Part shown: piece after piece, positions 1 through 9,417 of the stretch
Layout of the letters: the number at the start of each line of letters is the position of its first letter
Position numbering within the stretch: position 1 is the stretch's first letter
NCBI GenBank assembly: GCA_963745235.1
Contig: CAVUXE010000037.1
Span: 128,001 to 192,000 of the forward strand
Source of the DNA: an uncultured Spirochaetota bacterium
GTDB lineage: Bacteria > Spirochaetota > Spirochaetia > SZUA-6 > Fen-1364
Direction of reading: 5' to 3'
DNA: 64,000 nt
Translations under genes and position numbers: made by a program
Notes under the pieces: model-generated
Databases searched by the model: none
What the model was told of the DNA's origin: nothing
Seen by the model: only the letters and a program-made list of their open reading frames with translations

Positions 1-125
1 TTTTCCATGATCTGGGCAAAGGTCTTCAGCGAATTGAGGATGACAAGGATCAACGGGTAGATGTAGACCAGCGCCAGCACGGTCATGATCAGGGAAATGG
101 CCAGGGCTCCTCGCAGCCGGTTCAT
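1..125 (-). CDS. Carbohydrate ABC transporter permease (MalG-like), N-terminal part; truncated by window edge
   Basis: Manual translation from ATG at 125: MNRLRGALAISLIMTVLALVYIYPLILVILNSLKTFAQIME, a typical MalG-type start (P...NSLK). ATGA overlap with the stop of the upstream permease. Confidence 0.8.
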   Translation of the reverse strand, partial: MNRLRGALAISLIMTVLALVYIYPLILVILNSLKTFAQIME

Positions 126-1009
126 GCCTGCACCTCCCGGCGCTTGAAGGCGTTGAGCTGAGTCACGGTCACCACGAGGATCAGGAGGAAAAGAACGACC
201 GACTTGGCGGACCCGTAGCCGAAGCGGTTGTCGCTGAACGCCGTCTTGTAGATGTCCAGGGCGATGCTCGTGGTGGCGGTGCCTGGTCCGCCGAATGTCA
301 GGCTGAAAATGACATCGAAGGTCTTCAGGGCATTGGAGACCGAGTAGAAAACCGCCACGGTCACCGACGGCATGATCAGGGGAAGCGTGATCCGAAAGAA
401 GCGGCTCACGGGGCTGGCCCCGTCGATCACCGCAGCCTCCAGCTGCTCCCGGGGGACCGTCTGCAGGCCCGCGATGTAGATGACCATGTAGAACCCGATG
501 GACTGCCATACGGTCACGAGCACGACGCTGAGGAACGCCAGGTGCGAGTCCCCGAGCCAGCTGAGCTGGAAGACGCCCAGGTGCGTGATGGCTCCCAGGG
601 AGTCGAACCCCCGGGAAAAGATGAATCGCCACACGTAGCCGATGACGATGAGGCTGATGATGTTGGGGATGTAGAACGCGGCCCGCAGGAGGTTCCGGCC
701 GCGGATCTTCATGTCCAGGATCACCGCGAGCAGGAGGGCAATGACATTGATGGCCACGACGGCCAGGAGCGTGAAGATGAGCGTGAAAACCAGGGCGCTG
801 CCGAAGGCCGGGTCGCCGACCAGGAGCTCCCTGTAGTTGGCCAGCCCGATGAGCTTCGCCGCCTTGTCGAGCCCGTTCCATCGCGTGAAGGAATACGTGA
901 TGCTCATCAGGAACGGGATCTCGACAAAGAGAAGGATGACGATCACCGCGGGGGCCGTCATCCAGAGAAACTCAAGCCCGCGCGCCCTGCGGGCCTTCAC
1001 CGCTGTCAT
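122..1009 (-). CDS. Carbohydrate ABC transporter permease (MalF/UgpA-like)
   Basis: Multiple TM segments and EAA loop 'LQTVPREQLEAAVIDGAS'. Start taken at ATG 1009, after GAGG. Confidence 0.93.
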   Translation of the reverse strand: MTAVKARRARGLEFLWMTAPAVIVILLFVEIPFLMSITYSFTRWNGLDKAAKLIGLANYRELLVGDPAFGSALVFTLIFTLLAVVAINVIALLLAVILDMKIRGRNLLRAAFYIPNIISLIVIGYVWRFIFSRGFDSLGAITHLGVFQLSWLGDSHLAFLSVVLVTVWQSIGFYMVIYIAGLQTVPREQLEAAVIDGASPVSRFFRITLPLIMPSVTVAVFYSVSNALKTFDVIFSLTFGGPGTATTSIALDIYKTAFSDNRFGYGSAKSVVLFLLILVVTVTQLNAFKRREVQA

Positions 1010-1025
1010 GAACCTCTCCCCTCTG

Positions 1026-1057
1026 AAAAAGAGGCCGGGGAGCAATGCCCCCCGGCC
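1026..1057 (-). terminator. Intra-operon stem-loop plus U-tract after the substrate-binding gene
   Basis: Minus strand GGCCGGGGGGCATTGCTCCCCGGCC followed by TCTTTTT. Confidence 0.65.
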
Positions 1058-1084
1058 GTCATGATTCGTCGCAACGCCCGGTGA

Positions 1085-2314
1085 CTACTTGGAGGCGTTC
1101 ACGATCTGCGTGTACTTCGCATCCAGGGCATCCAGGGTCTGCTGCCGATTTGTCTGTCCGGCGCAGTATCCCTGGAGGATGATTCCCAGTCCTTGTTCCG
1201 TCCCCGTGGGGAACATCTGGTAGTACCAGGGGTAGCTCGGGACCTTCTCCGCCAGCATGGCCACCGTCGCCTGCGCGAGCTCCGCTGAGGACGCCTTTGC
1301 GCCCTTGATGGGGGAGAGCTGCTTGATCTTGTCCGGGATCCAGGCCTTGCCGTACGCGGAGGTGGTCAGCCACTTCAACCACGCAAGGGCGGCGTCCACC
1401 TGGCCGTCCTTGGCAACCCTGATGGTCTGGTTGGAATCATACATGATCCCCGCCTCAGCCGCAGTCCCGGCCACGGGCCCCCGCAGGAAGCCAATGTCGA
1501 TATCCGGCGTGGTCTTGCGGATGGTGTCTTCCGCCCAGTTGCCCTGGTGCATGATGGCGGCCTTGCCGGTGGCAAGGGTGGAGCACTGGTCGTTGAAGTC
1601 CGACTCCATGGGCTTCCGGCCGCCGTACTTCTTGATCAGGTCCAGGACATCAAAAACGGTGCTCATGCCCTTGATGTCCTTGAACGTAAGGGAGCCGCTG
1701 TTCAGCTTGTCCACCATGCCGGCGAAACCGCCGTAGGCCTTTGCCGCGGGGGCAAGCACCTGCCACGCAGTCTGGGGAAGCACCCACCACTCCTTGAAGC
1801 CGGTCGCGAAGGGCTGGATGCCGCGGGCCTGCAGCTTCTGGGCCGCCGCGGCGTAGTCACTCAGGGTCCGGGGGAGCGTCTTGATCCCGACCTGGGCGAA
1901 GACCTTCTTGTTGTAAATGAAGGAATGGGACTGGACCAGGAAGGGATACCCGGTGATCCGCCCGTTCACGGTCACGCCCTGCAGCGCGGAGGGCTCGATC
2001 TGCTTCATGAAGTCGACGTCCGTCAGGTCATACACGTAGTCCTTGTACGTGGAGTTGTCCGCGTACGCGCTGCTCATGAAGACGTCCGGAATGTCACCGG
2101 AGTTGAGCTTCGCTCTCAGGAGCGTCACGTAGTCGGCCTGGTTCACGGTGATATCCAGCGCGTTTCCGGTGTCCGCCTTGTACGCCGCAGCCATGTCGTT
2201 GTACTGGTCGGTGAGCTCCGGGCTGTAGAAGAACAGCTTCAGGGTCTTTCCCTGGCCAACGGCGAGAGCGGCGCACAGCACCACCAGCGCCGCAGCCAGA
2301 AGGTATCTCTTCAT
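1085..2314 (-). CDS. Sugar ABC transporter substrate-binding protein (family 1, MsmE-like)
   Basis: Signal peptide, 'SGDIPDVF', 'FIYNKKVF', 'GKAAIMHQGNW'; lies directly upstream of two permeases. Confidence 0.92.
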   Translation of the reverse strand: MKRYLLAAALVVLCAALAVGQGKTLKLFFYSPELTDQYNDMAAAYKADTGNALDITVNQADYVTLLRAKLNSGDIPDVFMSSAYADNSTYKDYVYDLTDVDFMKQIEPSALQGVTVNGRITGYPFLVQSHSFIYNKKVFAQVGIKTLPRTLSDYAAAAQKLQARGIQPFATGFKEWWVLPQTAWQVLAPAAKAYGGFAGMVDKLNSGSLTFKDIKGMSTVFDVLDLIKKYGGRKPMESDFNDQCSTLATGKAAIMHQGNWAEDTIRKTTPDIDIGFLRGPVAGTAAEAGIMYDSNQTIRVAKDGQVDAALAWLKWLTTSAYGKAWIPDKIKQLSPIKGAKASSAELAQATVAMLAEKVPSYPWYYQMFPTGTEQGLGIILQGYCAGQTNRQQTLDALDAKYTQIVNASK

Positions 2315-2339
2315 CCCTTTCCTCCTTTACCGCTCGAAT

Positions 2340-2357
2340 ATGATGTACGTTTATCAT
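2340..2357. promoter_or_regulatory. Putative LacI-family operator
   Basis: Imperfect palindrome ATGATGTACGTTTATCAT with central CG, between the divergent ABC and LacI genes. Confidence 0.55.
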
Positions 2358-2406
2358 ACGATAGTGGCGTTGTCAACAAAAAACCGCGTAGAATGAGGGA
2401 ACGCAA

Positions 2407-3499
2407 ATGGGCATCACGCAGAAAGAAATAGCAAAGGCGCTGAACCTGCCCCTGATCACGGTGCATCGGGCGCTCAACAGCTCGGGGTACGTGTCCAAGG
2501 AGCTCAAGGGGCGGATCCTCGCGTACGCCCGCGAGGTGCGCTACGTGCCCCACAAGGCGTCCCAGGTCCTGAAACGCAACAAAGTCAGGAAGATCGCCGT
2601 GTTCTCATCCTCACTGCCCCACTACTTCTGGAACGACATCAGGACGGGCATCTCCATCGCGGCAGAGCAGATCCAGGCCCTGAACTACAGGGTCAATTAC
2701 CACATGGTAGCAGAGAGGAGCTCTGACCAGTACCTGGAGCGCCTGGAAGAGGAGATCCGCGACGGCGTTGAGGCAATCGCGTTCGTCAACCAGTGGATCT
2801 ACCGCATGGATGAGATCATTGCGCGCATCACCCGGGCGGGGGTACCTTACGTGACGCTGAATGTGGATGCGCCGGAAGAGTCGCCGGATCTGCTACATCG
2901 GCCCGGACTATCGCGCCGGGGGCGCGCTCGCGGCGGAATACATCGGCAAGACGCTTCTCTTCAAGAATCGTCCGCGCATCCTGGTGCTCACCACCCTGCC
3001 GGATAGTCGCGTGGTCCTCCGCGCGCCTGACATCAACAAGCTGCGATACGAAGGCTTCCGTGAGGTCATGGAGAAGAGCTTTCCCCGGATTCGCCACGAC
3101 ACGGCCTTCATAACGAAAGGCATGAGCTCACCGGCCGCCGCTCGCCACATCGCTGAGCTCCTGGCGGACCGGGACGGAGATTTCGACGCGGTGTACCTGA
3201 TTGCCGCCTACAACGTCCCCTTCATCAGGGCACTGGAGCAGGGAGAGGGCACGCGGCGCGTGGTGGTGCTCCATGACCTTGATTCCTCGTCGAACCACCT
3301 GCTTGAAAAGAACCTCCTGACCGCCGTGATCTACCAGAACCCCATTCTGCAGGGATACTACGCCGTGCGAACGCTGGAGAACCTGCTGGAATCGGGCCAT
3401 CCGTCCGATGTTCGGCAGCTCAACGTGGTTCACAGCGTCATCCTCAATGAGAACAAGGACCTCTACAGGAACCACACCTTTTTCGCCATCATGGAGTGA
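2407..3499 (+). CDS. LacI-family transcriptional regulator, frameshifted near 2875
   Basis: HTH 'ITQKEIAKALNLPLITVHRALN' in ORF 2407-3006; sugar-binding domain continues in ORF 2861-3499 ('YIGPDYRAGGALAAEY', 'IYQNPILQGY'). Confidence 0.85.
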
Positions 3500-3586
3500 C
3501 AGCGATGGGCCGGCAGCGGGAAGGCGGGCAGCGGAAAGGCCCGCGGCAGAAGGGCCTGGCCGGCGCGTCGGCAGTATATTGATGAG

Positions 3587-4291
3587 ATGGATATCGATGC
3601 CGCCGAGGTCAACAGGCGATTCCCCGCGGCCGCCGAGTACCTGAGCGGGATCTACATCCTGGCAAGGGACTACGGACGCGTGAGCAATTCCCGCCTGGCC
3701 GCGTGGACAGGGGTCAGCGGCTCCGCGGTGACGCAGGCCCTTGGCCGGCTCAAGCGCCTTGGACTGGCGCGGCACGTGCGCTACGAGAGCATCGAGCTCA
3801 CCGAGCAGGGCCGCCTGCTGGCCGTAAAAGTCCTCAGGAGGCATTACCTGCTGGAGCACCTCCTGGTCCGCATCCTGGACTACCCCTGGGAAAAAGCGGA
3901 TGAGGAGGCCAAGCGGCTCCAGAGCGAGATCTCGGATGACCTGACAGACCACCTGTTCGCGCGCCTCGGGTCTCCCCAATCCTGTCCCCATGGCAACCCC
4001 ATGCCGGGTTCCGCCCTGGAGCCAAGGCTCCTGAACGCTCCCAAGCTGAGCGATGCCCCCGTGGGTGCCACCGTGCGGATAATCCGCATAACAGAGGAAG
4101 GCGAGCAGATCCCGCTGATGCTGGACTTCTGCCACACCCGGGGAATCAAGCCGGGAGCCGCCTTCCAGGTCGTGGCCCGGGAAGGAGAAATCATCCGTCT
4201 GGGAAGATCGCGCCCGGACAGTGCTCGGGACGACGCCAGTGAGATCGAAGTCCCTTTGGAAAAATCGCAGCACATCAGGTATGAAACTTAA
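3587..4291 (+). CDS. DtxR/MntR/IdeR-family metal-dependent repressor with C-terminal FeoA/SH3 domain
   Basis: 'EYLSGIY', wHTH, 'RRHYLLEHLL', 'CPHGNPMP', FeoA-like tail. Confidence 0.92.
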   Translation: MDIDAAEVNRRFPAAAEYLSGIYILARDYGRVSNSRLAAWTGVSGSAVTQALGRLKRLGLARHVRYESIELTEQGRLLAVKVLRRHYLLEHLLVRILDYPWEKADEEAKRLQSEISDDLTDHLFARLGSPQSCPHGNPMPGSALEPRLLNAPKLSDAPVGATVRIIRITEEGEQIPLMLDFCHTRGIKPGAAFQVVAREGEIIRLGRSRPDSARDDASEIEVPLEKSQHIRYET

Positions 4292-4304
4292 TACATATAA
4301 ACTC

Positions 4305-4336
4305 TTGACAGTAGTTGACCAAAACAGTCATATATA
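4305..4336 (+). promoter_or_regulatory. Sigma70-like promoter overlapped by an IscR/Rrf2 type-1-like box
   Basis: TTGACA at 4305-4310 and CATATA/TATATA at 4329-4336; 25-mer GTAGTTGACCAAAACAGTCATATAT (TGAC-N8-GTCA) at 4311-4335. Confidence 0.55.
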
Positions 4337-4340
4337 GCCG

Positions 4341-6110
4341 ATGAAGCTTCGATTCCTGGGGTGGATTGCCCCTCTCCTTGTCAGTTCTTCCCTCTGGGCG
4401 CAGGGTGCACCCCCCGCGAAGCTCGACACTCTCCTGCTTCCCTTCGAGCGCTCTTTCGCCCAGGCCTCGGCCGGCGAGTGGAAAAGCTCTCTCGACCTGC
4501 TCGAGCAGTTCGCCATGCGCTGGCACATGCTGAACCCCGCTGCAACCGAATCCTCCCGCGCGGTTGAATCCTCCCTCAACGCCGCGGCCCGGGCGCTGCT
4601 GGAAGCGCCGGCAGCGCCCGCGGCAGTACCCGATGCGCTGGCGGCCCTCAGCAAGGCGGTGGGAGTGTACCTTACCGGGGAAGGAGACACGGCAAGCCCC
4701 CAGTTCTTCTCCGCCCTGGCAGTGATTGCCGCAGGCGGCCTGGACTCCGTCCAGGACGCAAAACCGGCAAAAGCCGCCGCAAAGATCCAGGTCTTCGACG
4801 CCCTGTGGGGGCTGGCGGAAGACTCCGTCCATGCAAAGGACCCGGCGTCGTACGCGCGAATCGAAGCCGGGGTCGACAATTCGCTCTCTGCTTTAAAGGC
4901 CCAGCCGGCCGACCTCGCAGGCGCGCGGACCTCGTTGACCGAGCTGCTTTCAACCGTGCAAGCCACGGCAGGCGGCGCCACGACAGGGGCCCCTGTCGCC
5001 GCAGCCGCGCACGGCATTCCTGACCTGCTCCAACTGCTTTCGCGGGCGAATGCTTCCCTGAGCGCAGGCAACGCTCGCGATGCATCCGGCGCACTGCAGG
5101 CCTTCATCGCCGCGTGGCCTCTCGCCGAAGGGGAGGTCAAGGCGAGGTCCGGGGCGGCCTATTCGCGGATCGAAAACGAGATGACCGAGGCGGGCGGGCT
5201 CCTCCTTTCGGGGCCGGCCTCCCGCGCGCGCGCCGCGGTGGTGATCTCTGAAATGTCCGCACAGCTTTCCGGGCTTGCAGAGAGGACCAGCTACACGGCG
5301 TGGGACGCCGGGATGATATTGTTGAGGGAAGGCATGGAGGCGTTGCTCGTCCTTGCGGCCCTGGTGGCAATGCTGCGAAAGTCCGGGGGAAGGCAGCGGG
5401 GGGTGTGGGTATGGTCAGGGGCGGGTGCGGGTCTCCTCCTGAGCGGCATCCTCGCAGTATTTCTCGGGTTCGTGATTTCAAAAGCGACCGCCGGCAGCGC
5501 TCGTGAGCAGCTGGAAGGATTCGTCGGCCTGGCCTCCGTCGGGCTGATGGTGACCGTGGGGGCCTGGCTGCACCGCAGATCCAGCCTCCAATCCTGGAAT
5601 GCCTTTATCAAGAACAAGGTGGGCGGCGCGCTGGCCACGGGGAGCATGTGGTCCATCTTCGCGCTGGCCCTCCTGGCCGTTTTGCGCGAAGGGGCGGAGT
5701 CAGTGGTGTTCTACGTAGGGATTGCGCCGGCCATTTCACTGGCCCGCCTTCTCCTGGGCATCGGCGGCGCCCTTGGCATCCTGATCGTGATCGGGTACCT
5801 GATCATTCGCTTCAGCGTCCGCCTTCCCCTGCACTGGTTTTTCCTGGTTGCAACGCTCCTGATCTATTACCTGGCATTCAAGATCGCGGGGGAGAGCATC
5901 CATTCCCTCCAGGTCGCGAACGTGCTGCCGGCTCACTCCATTCCCTGGCTGCCGACCACCGGGGTCCTGGGCATATACCCCACGTGGGAAACGTTTGCCC
6001 CCCAGGTGGCCGTGCTGGCCTACGTCCTTGCGGAAATGCTCGTCACCGAGCTGCGCCGCCTGATGAGCAAGCGCGCGCAGACCCGGGCTGGAACAGCGGT
6101 CTCCCCCTAG
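4341..6110 (+). CDS. FTR1-family (EfeU/PbrT-like) iron permease with long periplasmic N-terminal domain
   Basis: Two RExxE motifs (LLREGMEA, VLREGAES) in the C-terminal multi-TM domain; signal peptide. Confidence 0.92.
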   Translation: MKLRFLGWIAPLLVSSSLWAQGAPPAKLDTLLLPFERSFAQASAGEWKSSLDLLEQFAMRWHMLNPAATESSRAVESSLNAAARALLEAPAAPAAVPDALAALSKAVGVYLTGEGDTASPQFFSALAVIAAGGLDSVQDAKPAKAAAKIQVFDALWGLAEDSVHAKDPASYARIEAGVDNSLSALKAQPADLAGARTSLTELLSTVQATAGGATTGAPVAAAAHGIPDLLQLLSRANASLSAGNARDASGALQAFIAAWPLAEGEVKARSGAAYSRIENEMTEAGGLLLSGPASRARAAVVISEMSAQLSGLAERTSYTAWDAGMILLREGMEALLVLAALVAMLRKSGGRQRGVWVWSGAGAGLLLSGILAVFLGFVISKATAGSAREQLEGFVGLASVGLMVTVGAWLHRRSSLQSWNAFIKNKVGGALATGSMWSIFALALLAVLREGAESVVFYVGIAPAISLARLLLGIGGALGILIVIGYLIIRFSVRLPLHWFFLVATLLIYYLAFKIAGESIHSLQVANVLPAHSIPWLPTTGVLGIYPTWETFAPQVAVLAYVLAEMLVTELRRLMSKRAQTRAGTAVSP

Positions 6111-6245
6111 GCTCCGGCTGAATGCTGTCCACCTCGGCGAAGCTGGACAGGAACATCATCCGCTCTTCACCTCCTGAGCTGCCCGTCCTGAAGGGCTCAC
6201 AGCGGGAGCACTCAAGGGATAGCCCTCTTCAGTCAGGCGCTTTCC

Positions 6246-6275
6246 TTGACACCTCGGGCGGCAGAAGTCTATAAA
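6246..6275 (+). promoter_or_regulatory. Sigma70-type promoter of the liv operon
   Basis: TTGACA-N18-TATAAA, about 60 nt upstream of a GTG start preceded by AAGGAGG. Confidence 0.65.
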
Positions 6276-6334
6276 GTCCTGTATCCTTTTACATTTCGTG
6301 CATCTTTCCGCGCATCCATAAGGAGGAAACCGCT

Positions 6335-7489
6335 GTGAAACGAACCGTTGCGCTTGCGGGCGCGCTGCTTCTGGTCTGTGCGCTTGCCGCCTTTGCAGCC
6401 GACACCAAGCCGCCTGTCCTGATCGGTCTGCAGGCGCCCATCACGGGCCCCTGGGCGTACGAGGGACAGATGGCCAGGCAGGCTACCCAGATTGCCGCGG
6501 ACCTGATCAACCAGAAGGGCGGGATCCTGGGCGGCAGGCAGGTCCAGATCGTCCTCGAGGACGATGCCGGCCAGCCCCAGACATCCGCCCTCGCTGCCAC
6601 CAAGATCGGCGGACAGAAGAACATCGTGGCCGCCGTCTCCACCTACGGCTCATCGGTCACCGAGCCGGCGTCCAACATCTACGAGAAGCGCAGGATGGTG
6701 AACATCGCCTACGGGGCCACGGCGGTCCGACTGACGGAGCGCGGCTCGAAGTACTTCTTCCGCACCTGCAGCCGCGACGATTCCCAGGCGGAGTTCTTTG
6801 CGAAGGCCGTTCCCCTGAAGTTCGGCGCGAAACGAATCGCGATCATGCATGACAACACGGCATTCGGCAAAGGCCTTGCGGAGAACACCCGGGATGCGCT
6901 GAAGGGGATGGTGGATTCCGGCAAGCTCCAGATCGTGTATTACGACGCAATCACCCCGGGGGAGAAGGACTTCCATGTTCCTCTCACAAAGATGAGGGAA
7001 ACAAAGCCGGACCTCTGGTACTACACCGGCTACTATGCGGAAGCCGCTCTCCTGGTCACCCAGGCCCGGGAAATCGGGATCACCTGTCCTTTCGTCGGGG
7101 GCAACGCGGCCATCAACGCTGAGTTCGTGAAGATCGCCGGCCTCCCTGTCGCGAAGGGCTGCTTCATGACCAACGAGCCCTTGCCCGCGGACCTGCCGAC
7201 TCCTGAAGCCCGTGAGTTCCTCAAGGCGTACAAGGACAAGTTCGGCGACATCCCCTCCAGCCCGTGGCCGGTGTACGCTGCTGACGCGGTGAACATCATC
7301 GCATACGCGGTGGACAAGACCGGGTCCCCCACTGACGGCACCGCGCTTGCGGAGTACCTCAGGAGCAAGGTGAACGGCGTGCCGGGAATCACCGGCAAGA
7401 TCGGATTCACGGACAAGGGTGACCGCGAAGGGGTGCCCATGTTCCTCTACGTCGTGGATGACCAGGGAAACATCGTAATCTCCCGGTAG
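6335..7489 (+). CDS. livK: Branched-chain amino acid ABC transporter substrate-binding protein (LivJ/LivK-like)
   Basis: Signal peptide, 'IGLQAPITG', 'INQKGGILG', 'YFFRTCSRDD'; strong RBS; first gene of a liv-type operon. Confidence 0.9.
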   Translation: MKRTVALAGALLLVCALAAFAADTKPPVLIGLQAPITGPWAYEGQMARQATQIAADLINQKGGILGGRQVQIVLEDDAGQPQTSALAATKIGGQKNIVAAVSTYGSSVTEPASNIYEKRRMVNIAYGATAVRLTERGSKYFFRTCSRDDSQAEFFAKAVPLKFGAKRIAIMHDNTAFGKGLAENTRDALKGMVDSGKLQIVYYDAITPGEKDFHVPLTKMRETKPDLWYYTGYYAEAALLVTQAREIGITCPFVGGNAAINAEFVKIAGLPVAKGCFMTNEPLPADLPTPEAREFLKAYKDKFGDIPSSPWPVYAADAVNIIAYAVDKTGSPTDGTALAEYLRSKVNGVPGITGKIGFTDKGDREGVPMFLYVVDDQGNIVISR

Positions 7490-7498
7490 CCTCGCTGA

Positions 7499-8410
7499 AT
7501 GAGGGTTTTTTTCGAGCAGTTGATCAACGGGCTGACCATCGGGAGCTTCTACGGCCTGATCGCCCTTGGCTACTCAATGGTCTACGGTGTTCTCAAGTTG
7601 ATCAACTTCGCCCACGGGGATTTTTTCGCCCTGGGCTCCTATCTCGGGTACACGATGCTCGTCTTTGGATCGGGTTTCGTGACGACCCACCTCGGGTTGT
7701 GGGGCGGCCTCGCGGTCGCTGTGATCGTGGCCGCCCTCTGTCTTGCGCTTGTCGGCGTTGTGGTGGAACGCGTTGCGTATCGGCCCATCTACCCCGCCGG
7801 CAGGCTGCCCGCGGTGGTGTCGGCCCTGGGAGCCTCCATCATCCTTCAGAACCTCATCATGATCATCTGGGGCCCTCGGTACCAGGCCTATCCCGCGCAG
7901 CTCATCCCCAACTTCCCCATCCACGCGGGGGGCCTGAATCTCACCGGGCTGCAGCTTCTCATTCTCTGCGTCTCGTTTGCCCTGATGGCCGTGCTCTATT
8001 TCGTGATCCAGAAGACCACCTGGGGGGCAGCCGTACGGGCAACTGCCCTGGACCGCGACACCGCGGCCCTCATGGGGATCAACTTCAAGAAGGTGATACG
8101 CTTCATCTTCACACTCGGTCCCGCCCTCGGCGCGCTCACCGGGGTCATGGTGGGCATGTACTACCGGCAGATCAGCTTCACCATGGGGTGGAACTACGGG
8201 CTGAAGGCTTTCACGGCGACCATCCTCGGCGGTATTGGAAACCTCCCGGGGGCCATGTTCGGCGGCCTCATCCTGGGCGTGCTGGAGATGCTTGGCAGCG
8301 CGTACGTTTCCACCGCCTGGAAAGACGTCTTCGTCTTTCTCATCCTGATTCTCGTGCTGATATTCCGTCCCAACGGACTCTTCGGCGAGAAGATAGCAGA
8401 GAAGGTCTGA
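7499..8410 (+). CDS. livH: Branched-chain amino acid ABC transporter permease
   Basis: 'QLINGLTIGSFYGLIALGYSMVYGVLKLINFAHG', 'LKAFTATILGGIG'. Confidence 0.94.
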   Translation: MRVFFEQLINGLTIGSFYGLIALGYSMVYGVLKLINFAHGDFFALGSYLGYTMLVFGSGFVTTHLGLWGGLAVAVIVAALCLALVGVVVERVAYRPIYPAGRLPAVVSALGASIILQNLIMIIWGPRYQAYPAQLIPNFPIHAGGLNLTGLQLLILCVSFALMAVLYFVIQKTTWGAAVRATALDRDTAALMGINFKKVIRFIFTLGPALGALTGVMVGMYYRQISFTMGWNYGLKAFTATILGGIGNLPGAMFGGLILGVLEMLGSAYVSTAWKDVFVFLILILVLIFRPNGLFGEKIAEKV

Positions 8411-8413
8411 GGC

Positions 8414-9413
8414 GTGCCGGGACACTGTGTGCCGCGTCATCTCGCGGCAAGCCGCCAGAAGGCGGCTGGCCTTCTCCTTGTGTTCGCCGCGCTCGTGGTT
8501 TTTCCCTTCTTTGCAGGCGACTACCTGGTGGACGTGGCCTTTTTCTTCGGCATCTACGTCCTGCTCGGCCTGAGCCTCAACATCGTCCTGGGTGAAGTGG
8601 GACTGTACGACCTAGGCCACGCCGGTTTCTATGCTATCGGCGCCTACACCACGGCCATCCTCAACACGAGGTTCGGGATTCCCGTGCTCGTCCTCCTGCC
8701 CGGTGAGCGCCCTCGCCGCCGGCCTGTTCGCTTTCCTGGTCACCTCCCCGATCATCCACCTGCGCGGCGACTACCTGTGCATCGTGACCATCGGGATGGG
8801 GGAGATCGTGCGCCTGGCGCTCATCAACAACCCCCTGGGACTCACCGGAGGCCCCAACGGCGTCTACGGGATCGACTCGCCGACCCTCGGGTTCCTCAGG
8901 CTCGACTCCTCTGCCGGCTCCTACGCGCTGATCTGGGTGGTGGTCGGGCTCGCGGTGTTTGCCCTCTTTCGGCTGCAGCGCTCCCGCATCGGCCGGGCGT
9001 GGAACTGCATCCGGGAGGACGAGATCGCGGCGCAGGCCACCGGCATCAACGTTCGCGCGTACAAGCTGCTTGCCTTCGTGCTGGGCGCCGCGCTGGCCGG
9101 CGTGGCCGGGAACCTGTACGCGGTCAAGCTGATGGTGGTCTCTCCGGAAAGCTTCACGTTCTGGGAATCCTGCCTCATGTTCTCCATCGTGCTGATTGGA
9201 GGGATGGGCTCGGTGCCGGGCGTCATCATCGGCGCGGCGGCAATCAGCCTGTTCCCGGAGATCTTCCGCTCCTTCGCGAGCTACCGCCTCGTGGTCTTTG
9301 GCGTTGTCATGATCCTGATGATGATGTTCCGGCCGGGGGGCGTCTGGCCGCGCAGGCGCGGAGGGACCGAATCCCGTGACCTGCTCCTGCGGCTCGGGAG
9401 GCCCCGTGGGTGA
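8414..9413 (+). CDS. livM: Branched-chain amino acid ABC transporter permease, frameshifted near 8700
   Basis: N-half 'LSLNIVLGEVGLYDLGHAGFYAIGAY' (ORF 8414); C-half 'LRGDYLCIVTIGMGEIVR...IREDEIAA' (ORF 8631). Confidence 0.88.
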
Positions 9414-9417
9414 TCCG

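Noticed and set aside
6114-6237. Glycine riboswitch or hammerhead ribozyme
   Set aside because: Lacks the GGAGA...CCGAAG...CTCTCAGG order; the CTGAAGA on the minus strand is not followed by stem II-GAAA.
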